Part shown: in pieces, positions 1 through 11,794 of the stretch
How positions within the stretch are numbered: position 1 is the first letter of the stretch
Layout: every line of letters begins with the position of its first letter
NCBI GenBank assembly: GCA_002269645.1
Contig: NIVC01001345.1
Coordinates: 1 to 64,000 of the forward strand
Length of the DNA stretch: 64,000 bases
Reading direction: 5' to 3'
From: Macrostomum lignano
Taxonomy: Eukaryota
Notes under the pieces: model-generated
Databases searched by the model: none
Seen by the model: the letters and a program-made list of their open reading frames with translations, nothing else
What the model was told of the DNA's origin: nothing
Translations under genes and position numbers: made by a program

Positions 1-482
1 GAGCGAGAAATAGAAGGGTATATTAAATTTATTCAATTAGAAAGTACAGGAAACATTGATAAATTTCTTCAAGTTGATATAGATTCTCCTTCATATTTTA
101 ATTTTCAGGATAAAATATGGAGATTAAGAATTTTACGGGCGATTGAATAAAATCGAAAAACATAGCATTCCATGTCAATAAATTAATAAATAATTCAAAT
201 TTGTTGGCGCGCCTTTATTTGCTAATATTTAATTTCGACATGCATTTCATTTTCAACGGTAAATGATAGCGTACAAAATCCCAATACTAAAAAACTACTT
301 TCCTATGCTTCTTGTGGAGGATCAGCCCGGACTTAGTAAACTCATAAATATTAATGGCATTGTTTGACAGTTACTTAAGTGGGATCTGAGGCGGTGGAAT
401 TTCAGTCGGAATACGAAAGAATTCCGACTAGGAAATTCCAACTGAAAGGTGCGGGGAAATCCTGGAGGATTGGGAATCAGCA

Positions 483-712
483 GAGGGGTAACCCCTACCC
501 CACATGGAATCCCTACCCCAAGGGGAATCCCTACCCCATGGGGAATCCCTACCCCATGGGAAATCCATACCCCAAGGGGAATCCCTACCCCAAGGGGAAT
601 CCCTACCCCATGGGAATCCCTACCCCATGGGAAATCCCTACCCCAAGGGGAATCCCTACCCCAAGGGAATCCCTACCCCAAGGGAATCCCTACCCCAAAG
701 GGAAATCCCCAT
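483..712. repeat. ~18-bp minisatellite (GGGAATCCCTACCCCAAG)
   Basis: Tandem copies visible; explains spurious ORFs 379-766. Confidence 0.9.
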
Positions 713-935
713 CTAAAAGAGACTCCTTGGCCAAAAAAGAAATGTTTGTCTATTAATCTAATCTAATCTAATAAAAGAGGAATCCCTACCTTAAAAAGTG
801 AGTCCGTTATACTAAAACGTGGAATCCCGAAGGGGAACACAAGATGAGAATCCCCTCACAGGACGAATGATGAGCAGGTGAGGAGGCTCTCCTTTCAGCA
901 ACACCATCTTGTCTCAGTTTCAGTTTCAAGTTTAC

Positions 936-3900
936 TTAAAGCAGAGCAAAATTGCCAACCAGCTCGGCAGCTGGCCCCAGAATCATCATCGAAGGCATCA
1001 GCAGCAGAAGCAGCAGTAGCAGCAGCAGTTCGCCATCGAAACCGCTGCGACCGCATCCGTTGGAGGCTCCGTCAATGATTTCTTCCACATTGTACTTGAC
1101 GTAGCTGTTATAGGTGACGGCGGACCGCACCGTGACACCGCAGCAGCTGCTAAGATTGCCGCTGACCGTGCTGTTGAACTGTTGGATAGCGGACTGCAGA
1201 ACAGACTGGGCCACCATGGCTTGCAGAGCTGCGAGGTGGCGTGAATGAGGAGGATATTGGGGCCTGATTTTGGGGGGGTGTTATTAAGGAGAGAAGATAC
1301 TTGATTAGGGAGAGGAGATACCCCAGTAGGGAGAAAGGATACCCGATTAGAGAGGGGGATACCCGATTAGGGAGGGGGATACCCGATTAGGGAGAGGGGG
1401 ATACCCGATTAGGGAGGGGGATACCCGATTAGGGAGAGAAGATACCCGATTAGGGAGAGGAGATACCCTAGTAGGGAGAGGGGATACCCGATTAGGGAGA
1501 GGGGATACCCTAGTAGGGAGAGGAGATACCCGATTAGGGAGAGAAGATACCCGATTAGGGAGAGGGGATACCCGATTAGGGAGGGGGGATACCCGATTAG
1601 GGAGGGGGGATACCCGATTAGGGAGGGGGGATACCCGATTAGGGAGGGGGATACCCGATTAGGGAGAGGGGATACCCTAGTAGGGAGAGGAGATACCCGA
1701 TTAGGGAGAGAAGATACCCGATTAGGGAGAGGGGATACCCGATTAGGGAGGGGGATACCCGATTAGGGAGGGGGATACCCGATTAGGGAGGGGGGATACC
1801 CGATTAGGGAGGGGGGATACCCGATTAGGGAGGGGGGATACCCGATTAGGGAGAGGGGATACCCTAGTAGGGAGAGGAGATACCCGATTAGGGAGAGAAG
1901 ATACCCGATTAGGGAGGGGGGATACCCGATTAGGGAGGGGGGATACCCGATTAGGGAGGGGGGATACCCGATTAGGGAGGGGGATACCCGATTAGGGAGG
2001 GGGGATACCCGATTAAGGAGAGTGGATACCCGATTAAGGAGAGGGGATATCCGATTAGGCAGGGTATTAGCTTGAGCCAGCTCACTCACTGGACCTTCTC
2101 CGCCTGGCCGCAGGGCACAGGGTGTTCGCAGTCGAGCTGGAGTTCGCGTACACAACCACGCCGAGAAGCCCGACATCGTCGGTGAACATGTCCTCGTTGT
2201 CAAGGTAGCCAACGTCAGCATCGGCAATCAGCTTCTTGTCCGCCGACGGGGTCTGGCGAGCGGCGGACGGGCAGCAGAGGGCGAAGTTGGCCTCGCTGGC
2301 TGTGCAGAAGGCGTTGATGGCCTGGGCCACGGCCGGGCGAAGGCGGGACCAGATGGAGGTCTTGAACTGCCGCGGTTTTCCAATACGGGATGCGGGTCGT
2401 TTTAACAATATGGTTTTAAAACTTCATCGTGAGAAAGTTAGAAAGTTGTGGCTGCTGTACACCCGGTGGGTGCGAACTTCAGAACTTTCTAAAATCGGTT
2501 TTTTCCATAGACAGGCTCGGTGAAATAATTTGTCTTGGAAAAAATCTCACCATAGTCCTGGTCACGGGCACCTGCAGACACCGGTCGAAGGCGCAGAACT
2601 GCTCGGCTATGATGCTCAGCCGCATTCCGTTCAGGTAGAACTGCCTGTACACCTGGCACCTGGGGCCGACGAACGTTGCCGGGCACTGACAGGCACAGCT
2701 GGCCCCCTTGAGGTCCGTGCCACCGTTCAGGCATGGCGTGGTGAGGTTGCTGCACACCGAGCATGTCGACTTGGAGTCGGCCACTCGGTCTGAAACGCAT
2801 GTCAGAGGTTCTTATGCTTAATGGTCCTTGGTGGACTCTTGGGAATGTCTTGGTGGACTCTTCAGGAATGTCTTGGTGGACTCTTGGGGAATGTCTTGGT
2901 GGACTCTTGGGGAATGTCTTGGTGGACTCTTGGGGAATGTCTTGGTGGACTCTTGGGGAATGTCTTGGTGGACTCTTCGGGAATGTCTTGGTGGACTCTT
3001 CGGGAATGTCTTGGTGGACTCTTCGGGAATGTCTTGGTGGACTCTTCGGGAATGTCTTGGTGGACTCTTCGGGAATGTCTTGGTGGACTCTTCGGGAATG
3101 TCTTGGTGGACTCTTCGGGAATGTCTTGGTGGACTCTTCGGGAATGTCTTGGTGGACTCTTCGGGAATGTCTTGGTGGACTCTTCGGGAATGTCGGAATG
3201 TCTTGGTGGACTCTTCGGGAATGTCTTGGTGGACTCTTCAGGAATGTCTTGGTGGACTCTTCGGGAATGTCTTGGTGGACTCTTCGGGAATGTCTTGGTG
3301 GACTCTTCGGGAATGTCTTGGTGGACTCGTCGGGAATTTCGTGGTGGACTCTTATGGAATGTCTTGGTGGACTCTTATGGAATGTCTTGGTGGACTATTA
3401 GGGAATGTCTTAGTCGACTCTTAGTTTATTGGGTTATCAGGAAAGTTTATTGGGTTTTTCAGGATAGTTTAGTTGATTGTCTTGATATCTTATCCGTGAT
3501 AATCCAGCGGATTTTCGGGGCTGTGCGCAGGCAGCTCACTTTCGCAATAGGCCCCAGTACCGATGCCGGAGGCGCACTTGCAGTAGCAGTCGAGAGATCC
3601 TGGGATTGACTGACTGACTCCGCAGTTTGAGCAGTTCAGCTTGCACTCTGCGATGCGATGTCGGAGGAGTGAAAATCATACGTGGCGTGTGATTAATAAT
3701 CATCTCGGAAGAATGACTCACCTGTGCTAGAAACTTTGGCGCCAGGATTGTATGCCTGCACATCCGACTGGGAGACAATGCTGCTGTTCACGCACATGCC
3801 GTTCAGGCACAGGCCTCGGTATGAGGGGCATCTGATGGGATGTTTGGGGATTCTTGTAGATGTTTGGTGATTCTTGTGGGTGTTTGGTGCTTCTTGTAGG

Positions 3901-6900
3901 TGCTTGGTGATTATTTTGGATGTTTGGTGGTTCTTGTAGGTGTTTGGTGATTCTTAGGGGTGTTTGGTGATTCTTGTAGGTGTTTGGTGATTCTTATGGG
4001 TGTTTGGTGATTCTTGTAGGTGTTTGGTGATTCTTATGGGTGTTTGGTGATTCTTGTAGGTGTTTGGTGATTCTTATGGGTGTTTAGTGATTCTTGTAGG
4101 TGTTTGGTGATTCTTGGGGGTGTTTGGTGATTCTTGTGGGTGTTTGGTGCTTCTTGTAGGTGCTTGGTGATTATTTTGGATGTTTGGTGGTTCTTGTAGG
4201 TGTTTGGTGATTCTTAGGGGTGTTTGGTGATTCTTGTAGGTGTTTGGTGATTCTTATGGGTGTTTGGTGATTCTTGTAGGTGTTTGGTGATTCTTATGAG
4301 TGTTTGGTGATTCTTGTAGGTGTTTGGTGATTCTTATGGGTGTTTAGTGATTCTTGTAGGTGTTTGGTGATTCTTGGGGGTGTTTGGTGATTCTTGTGGG
4401 TGTTTGGTGCTTCTTGTAGGTGCTTGGTGATTATTTTGGATGTTTGGTGCTTCTTGTAGGTGTTTGGTGATTCTTAGGGGTGTTTGGTGATTCTTATAGG
4501 TGTTTGGTGATTCTTGTAGGTGCTTGGTGATTCTTGTGGGTGTTTGGTGATTCTTGTAGGTGTTTGGTGATTCTTGTGGGTGTTTGGTGATTCTTGTAGG
4601 TGTTTGGTGATTCTTGTGGGTGTTTGGTGATTCTTGTTGGTGTTTGGTGATTCTTGTGGGTGTTTGGTGATTCTTAGGGGTGTTTGGTGCTTCTTGTAGG
4701 TGTTTGGTGATTCTTAGGGGTGTTTGGTGCTTCTTGTAGGTGTTTGGTGATTCTTAGGGGTGTTTGGTGATTCTTGTAGGTGTTTGGTGATTCTGGGGTG
4801 TTTGGAGTCTTTTAAGGTCTCTGTGAATCTGAGGGTTCTGCGTAGCTTGTGACTCACTTGGAGCAGGCGGAGCCTCCCGATGTGTACACCTTGCTCCCGG
4901 AGCTGTACTCGCAAAACACCAAATTGCTGCCCGAACAGACGTAGTGACCGCAGCCAACCTCAAGCACGCCGTCACTGATGAGCTGTTTATAGTGGCCACA
5001 GGTGGTCAGCTTCCCTGCAGGGTTGCAGGAGGCCGCGGTGTAGTTATAAATGGCCTTCTCAATGTGCCAGGCCAGAGTGATCTCGCTGACGTTGGTCCGG
5101 TAGCCCATGTAGATGTTCTCCCCAGGCCCTCGTAGTCCCCGCCGTAATAGTGCTCAAATTTGCACTTCTCCGATGCCGCCTGGGCCAGCGACTCCAGGCG
5201 AGTGTTCCACGTCTGCGCGCGGGGGTAGGAGGCAGGAATGCTACAAGTGACACAAGCTACAAGTGACACAGCTACAAGTGATACAAGCTACAACTGACAC
5301 GAGCTACAAGTGACACGAGCTACAAGTGACACGAGCTACAAGTGACACAAGCTACAGGTGACACAAGCTACAAGTGACACAAGCTACAAATGACACAAGC
5401 TACAGGTGACACGAGCTACAAGTGACACAAGCTACAAATGACACAAGCTACAAGTGACACAAGCTACAAGTGACACAAGCTACAACTGACACAAGCTACA
5501 AGTGATACAAACTACAAGTGACACGAGCTACAAGTGACACAAGCTACAAGTGACACGAGCTACAAGTGACACAAGCTACAAGTGACACAAGCTACAAGTG
5601 ACACAAGCTACAAATGACACAAGCTACAAGTGACACGAGCTACAAGTGACACAAGCTACAAGTGACACAGCTACAAGTGACACGAGCTACAAGTGACACG
5701 AGCTACAAGTGACACAAGCTACAAGTGACACAAGCTACAAGTGACACAAGCTACAAGTGACACAAACTAAAAGTGACACAAATGACACAAGCTACAACTG
5801 ACATAAATGACACAAGCTACAAGTGACACAAGCTACAAGTGACACAAGCTACAAGTGACACAAACTACAAGTGACACAAGCTACAAGTGACACAAACTAA
5901 AAGTGACACAAATGACACAAGCTACAACTGACATAAATGACACAAGCTACAAGTGACACAAGCTACAACTGACACAAGCTACAAGTGACACAAACTACAA
6001 GTGACACAAGCTACAAGTGACACAAACTAAAAGTGACACAAATGACACAAGCTACAACTGACATACTGTAAATGACACAAACTAAAAGTGACACAAGCTA
6101 CAAGTGACACGAGCTACAAGTGACACGAGCTACAAGTGACACAAGCTACAAGTGACACAAGCTACAAGTGACACGAGCTACAAGTGACACAAGCTACAAC
6201 TGACACAAGCTACAAGTGACACGAGCTACAAGTGACACGAGCTACAAGTGACACAAGCTACAAGTGACACAAGCTACAAGTGACACAAGCTACAAATGAC
6301 ACAAGCTACAAGTGACACGAGCTACAAGTGACACAAGCTACAACTGACACAAGCTACAAGTGACACGAGCTACAAGTGACACGAGCTACAAGTGACACAA
6401 GCTACAAGTGACACAAGCTACAAATGACACAAGCTACAAGTGACACGAGCTAAAAGTGACACAAGCTACAAATGACACAAGCTACAAGTGACATAAGCTA
6501 CAAATGACACAAGCTACAAATGACACAAGCTACAAGTGACACGAGCTACAAGTGACACGAGCTACAAGTGACACAAGCTACAAGTGACACAAGCTACAAG
6601 TGACACAAACTAAAAGGGACACAAGCTACAAATGACACAAGCTACAAGTGACACAAGCTACAAGTGACACAAGCTACAAGTGACACAAGCTACAAGTGAC
6701 ACAAGCTACAAGTGACACAAACTAAAAGTGGCACAAGCTACAAATCACAAGTCTTTAAGTTGCAACTATTCAGTAAGCTCTCTTGAAATTCACTCTGAAA
6801 TTACCAAAAAGTTCATCTTGGTAGCCCTGGGATACACGGCCTCCCTCAGCCGGTTGTGGATGTTCACAAACTCTGTCTTCTGGCTCGCGCTCAGGGCGGC

Positions 6901-6993
6901 GTTGACATTCGCGGGCAGCAGCAGAAGAGGTAGCAGCAGCATCAGGAGCGGCAGCATTTGCAGAAACTTCAGGTGGATTATGTCACGTGACAT
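936..6993 (-). CDS. Secreted/GPI-anchor-like CAP (SCP/PR-1/venom-allergen-like) domain protein with EGF-like modules; 7 predicted exons
   Basis: Exons (minus): 6993-6805 (signal peptide MLPLLMLLLPLLLLPANVNA, then HNRLREAVYPRATKMNFL), 5212-4858 (TWNTRLESLAQ, G/ENIY, CGHYKQL, VGCG, LVFCEY = CAP motifs), 3831-3722, 3599-3540 (DCYCKC..GAYCE), 2789-2572 (CLNGG..CACQCPATFVGPRC = EGF), 2366-2090, 1228-936 (hydrophobic C-terminal tail). All junctions are GT-AG with compatible phases. One 1-bp deletion in a G run at 5120-5123 shifts GLG/ENIY. The start could also be 7056 or 6957. The exon 6 acceptor is the least certain. Confidence 0.85.
1300..2060. repeat. ~20-bp minisatellite (GGGGATACCCGATTAGGGAG) in last intron of CAP gene
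   Basis: Tandem array. Confidence 0.95.
2826..3420. repeat. 23-bp minisatellite (GGAATGTCTTGGTGGACTCTTCG)
   Basis: Tandem array; source of ORFs 2763-3609. Confidence 0.95.
3840..4805. repeat. 20-bp minisatellite (TGTTTGGTGATTCTTGTAGG) with 260-bp higher-order unit
   Basis: The variant block TGCTTGGTGATTATTTTGGA recurs at 3901, 4161 and 4421. Confidence 0.95.
5240..6745. repeat. 16-bp minisatellite (GACACAAGCTACAAGT) filling CAP intron 1
   Basis: Tandem array. Confidence 0.95.
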
Positions 6994-7719
6994 GCTCACT
7001 CTGAGTCTCGAATGAGATCGAACGGCTGAGCTTTCGTACCTTCGCTGCGGCATCATATCGACCCGAATTTATAGAGCTCACCACCCACATGGGTCCCCCA
7101 GAGCCCGTGCTGTTTAATCACGAATGGCAAACACAATGGGCGTATAGCTTGCATTGCATGTAGATCGAGTCAGATAAAATTATAGGCAGACAAAAGTTCA
7201 AACTGCGAGCGCCATAGTTTTAGTGCTTATTTGCATAATTTGTCTGTCGAGTTGAGACACATTCCTTTGTTTAAACAATTGTGTTTGTTACTCTTGCCGA
7301 GAGGCAAATTTTTGTAGCAATTCGCCTTTGGCACGGAATCCGGCCAAATCTGATGGCTCTGCTTGCTGCACTTTACAAATTCAACAGACGGAGTTGGTTG
7401 CGCTTGAAGCCACGAGAGAGCAAATTGCATTCCCCCAAGGTGACCAAAGCTATAGTTTTGATAAACCCTCAGCCACCAGCACTGATTCGGTATATTGACA
7501 AGCGGACAGACCATCAAACACTTTCCGACACTGCAGTGCCACTCACTTTCCATCAAAGTTTTTTTCCGACAAAGGAGCCTCCAATGCTGATTTATTTTAA
7601 CCTATTTTGAGCACTGACGGCTGCGCTCTATTTTTAGAGCGCAAAAATAAATATTTCGTTACGGGTCAGACACGTCTGGAAACTATACCACCTGGAGAGA
7701 CATACTTCCAACATGTAGC

Positions 7720-8280
7720 TGACACCAGCATGACTTACCTCCAACATTTACCTGACACCAGCATGACCCACCTCCTACCTGACCTCAGCATGACCCACCT
7801 CCTACCTGACCTCAGCATGACCCACCTCCTACCTGACACCAGCATGACCCACCTCCTACCTGACACCAGCATGACCCACCTCCTACCTGACACCAGCATG
7901 ACCCACCTCCTACCTGACCTCAGCATGACCCACCTCCTACCTGACCTCAGCATGACCCACTTCCTACCTGACCTCAGCATGACCCACTTCCTACCTGACC
8001 TCAGCATGACCCACTTCCTACCTGACCTCAGCATGACCCACCTCCTACCTGACCTCAGCATGACCCACTTCCTACCTGACCTCAGCATGACCCACCTCCT
8101 ACCTGACCTCAGCATGACCCACCTCCAACATGTACCTGACGTCAGCATAACCCACTTCCTACCTGACTTCAGCATGACCCACCTCCTACCTGACCTCAGC
8201 ATGACCCACTTCCTACCTGACCTCAGCATGACCCACTTCCTACCTGACGTCAGCATGACCCACCTCCTACCTGACCCATT
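7720..8280. repeat. 27-bp minisatellite (ACCTGACCTCAGCATGACCCACCTCCT)
   Basis: Tandem array; unit length is a multiple of 3, which gives the spurious ORFs 7607-8362 and 7735-8286. Confidence 0.95.
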
Positions 8281-8925
8281 GATCACAGCAACAATCAGAG
8301 ACTATAAAAATACAGACAAATGTGACCAATCCATAATCAGTAAATCGTATTTCCATACATGAACAAACGCGTCAAGAACAAGCAAGGCAAATGCATCGGT
8401 GAACCGGTGTATTTATGTAATCTAGTTGAAAAAATAACAGAAAAAATACAATACCAAGCAACTAAAAAATTAGTAACAAAGCAACGTTATCGCGAGAAAG
8501 CAGATCTCAACTGAATCAAGATACGAGCTAAGAACAATCATTTGTCTCAGGAAACGATAAACATGCAAATTTTCTGTTACTTTTTGTTGTATATAAAATG
8601 AAAGAAAACAAAAATAAAACACAAAAAAGGAAAGCACATCGTTAATAAAAGCAAACGCTGTCACAGAACAGGGAAAAACGAAACAAAAATAGAAAATAGA
8701 CCAAAGCTCTCGCTCGAGAGGGAAATTTAACAGCACAAGCAACATAAAACTGAATGCAAAACTAACTATAATTTCACAAAATTTCTAACAAAAAACAACA
8801 AAATCATTCAGCCCCTACTACTAGTAATATACTAAAGCGACTTCTCCTGAATTGCTTATTGAAACATTAGCTTTGAGGAAGATAAACTTGAATTGCTACC
8901 AGAAACTGTTCTACTAGAAGATGAA

Positions 8926-10548
8926 TCACTCCTGGGAGTGACGCCGCACGTGCTTGCTGTAGGTGGACCGATCTGAGAACGCGCTGCCGCACAGGCGACA
9001 TTTGTAGGGCCTGGCGCCGCTGTGCGAATTCAAATGAGCAGTTAGTTGAGTCTTCTGTACGAAGCCTTTGCCGCACAGGTGGCAGCGGTGCGGCCGGATG
9101 CCGGCGTGGATCAATTCGTGCCTGTGCAAATTCATACTGTTAGCGAACACCTTGCCGCAGGTGAGGCAGGTGCGATCTTCGCCCACTGCTTTTCGTCTGT
9201 AGCTGCCTCGGCCACTGGCCGAGCGAGGCTGCCGGCTTCCGGGCCGGCATCTGGCCGCCTTGGTGTGCAACTCGAAGCGCCAGGTGAGACGGAAGCCCCG
9301 GCCGCACACTTTGCACACGTGGCTGCCGCGTTTTGATTGGCTGGATCGAACGCCAAGCGCTTCGTTGATGACGGATGCTGGCGGCGCGGCCTGAAAGTTA
9401 CGATTGTCGCTGACCTCGATAGTGGCGGCCTGCGGCTGGTCTGGTAGGGCTGAAAACTGGAATGTGCACCGGATAGAGATGTACTGTAGATTGTGGGTAA
9501 AGCTGAGGGTAGATTGTGGGTCACGCTGAGGGTAGATTGTGGGTCAAGCTGAGGGTAGATTGTGAGGGTAGGTTGTGGGTCAAGCTGAGGGTAGATTGTG
9601 GGTCAAGCTGAGGGTAGATTGTGAGGGTAGGTTGAGGGTAGATTGTGGGTAAAGCTGAGGGTAGATTGTGAGGGTAGGTTGAGGGTAGATTGTGGGTCAA
9701 GCTGAGGGTAGATTGTGGGTCAAGCTGAGGGTAGATTGTGGGTCAAGCTGAGGGTAGATTGTGGGTCAAGCTGAGGGTAGATTGTGGGTCAAGCTGAGGG
9801 TAGATTGTTGGTCAAGCTGAGGGTAGATTGTGGGTCAAGCTGAGGGTTGACTGTGGGTCAAGCTGAGGGTTGACTGTGGGTCAAGCTGAGGGTTGACTGT
9901 GGGTCAAGCTGAGGGTAGATTGTGGGTCAATGCTAAGGAGCTAGCAGAATTTTTTTCAGCACTGCTTGTGGCACAATGTCGCGCAAGGCTGCCCACAAAT
10001 CTCTTGCGAATGATAATTATTTATGTGGATCAAGAGTCTAGACCCAAAGATAGTATCGCAACGGACATTGCATCAGTTAGGATTTAAGTTGGTCATTAAG
10101 GGAAGCATTGGCCAATTCCAACCATCGGCCTCACCAGTTCCCAATCAGTGAGCAGAGGCGGCAAAAAGTCTTCATCAATTGACACAGACTCCACAGCCGC
10201 CGCCATAGCCAGAGCCTCGTCATCACCAGCCACTTCAGCTTCGTGAACAGAGATGTAGTGCTCCAAGTAAGCCATAGAAGAGCTGAACAGAGTTAACCAA
10301 GGGCAGAGCAGACAGGCAAGTTGAGTTTTGGCAGATGGCTGTTCGAGCTGCGACATTGTCTGACAGGCGCCAAACTCAGTTAGGATATCGCAGATCTGTG
10401 GCCCAGTGCAAGCTTGGCATAGCATGACACCTGATAAGCTGCCGCAATTGAATGTTCCAATGGTTGTGAGACAGTCTGAACAGTTGGCACAGCAGTTGTC
10501 TTGCATAGTAGGCTCTGGCGAGCTTGTGTCAGGATAATTACACTCCAT
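8926..10548 (-). CDS. C2H2 zinc-finger protein, 2 exons
   Basis: Exon 1 10548-10135 (Cys-rich N-terminus, ends ..TDWEL|GTGAGG). Exon 2 9456-8926 (ttccag|TTT TCA GCC, phase 0, open through CKVCGRGF..). Three tandem C2H2 fingers with AGIRP and SGARP linkers plus one atypical C2HC finger. Confidence 0.8.
9490..9930. repeat. 23-bp minisatellite (GGGTCAAGCTGAGGGTAGATTGT) in zinc-finger intron
   Basis: Tandem array. Confidence 0.95.
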
Positions 10549-11794
10549 CTCTTTGTAGTAAGTGCTAAAATGGTTAATATTATTAGTTATAACATTTATT
10601 ATTTTGCTTATCTAAATTGCAATGCCATGGGATTCAGCAAAACAACTCAATTCAATTCAAATTAAAATAAAAAATATTTTATTTAAAATACTATAAGCAC
10701 TAATAATACTGCATGTTATATAATTTTATGATATCAACATTTTAGTTCCTTTGTATGCCTTTGAGAAATACATCTTGGCTACCTGTGGATTTGGATAAAA
10801 TAGATAATGTGGAGAGCTACTTTATGTAGCTAAAATATAAATTAATAATATAATGTAAAGTAGCAAAAAAGTAATGGCTTTTTGCTAAAAATCACAAAAA
10901 CTACATTATCAAGCCTAATTTATGTTTATATAAAGTGATAACATTTAAAAACTATAACAAGGCTTAAGACTTAGAGCTTTCAATTCTGATTAAATTACTA
11001 AAAGTGGATTTGGAGTTCTAACATAATGCTACTGCTTTAAAAACTCAATATAGATGTAATGTTATGCAATTGTATTGCACGCTACAAATGCTATAATTAA
11101 CATTGATCTAAAAAAACTATGTCCAGTGCATACAGTCATTTTAATTTAGCAATTTAACTCACTCTTCAAAATCTTTCACTCACATCATAACAGTCAAAAC
11201 ATCTATTCACATCACAAAATTCACATCAAATACTTTATTTTATCTAACTCAATTAATTTAGATTTCCATGAGAATTCAATGTCGAAACAAAATTCTTAGC
11301 TGCTAAACAAGCAGCTAACAATGTGTTTATACCAGGGAAATGAGAAGATGTACAGTGCGGCTGCTGCTGCTGCTGGTCCTGCTGTCAAAGTCGAGCGCGC
11401 GAAAATTTTTTAAATTATTTCCACTGTACTAAAGTTAAACAAATAATAAATAAACTCTACTACAGAAAACACTTCAATTTAGTTCTACATTCTACAGTTA
11501 TTGACAAATAGTAAATATTTATTTAATTTAAAGCGACAGTGCCCCCGCATTGTAAGTTTTTTGCAGAGTATACAGTTTTAAAGTGTTATTTTTCTACGAA
11601 AAAAGGAAAGCATATAAAATTGTCGGATTATTAGATTTCCGGTGGCAATTAATTCTGATGATCGTATTGTCTGATCATTTATATAAAATTCTGATATAAG
11701 TGGATAAATCCGTTCTAGTTTAAAGCAATTTGGCGATTGTCATTTAATCAATTGACCTTCTCTAATTGACTCCACTCTAGGTTTAATAAAAAGT

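Noticed and set aside
379-8362. Long repetitive ORFs (e.g. 379-766, 1763-2227, 2763-3609, 7607-8362)
   Set aside because: Translations of minisatellites, open in several frames or strands, mostly inside introns.
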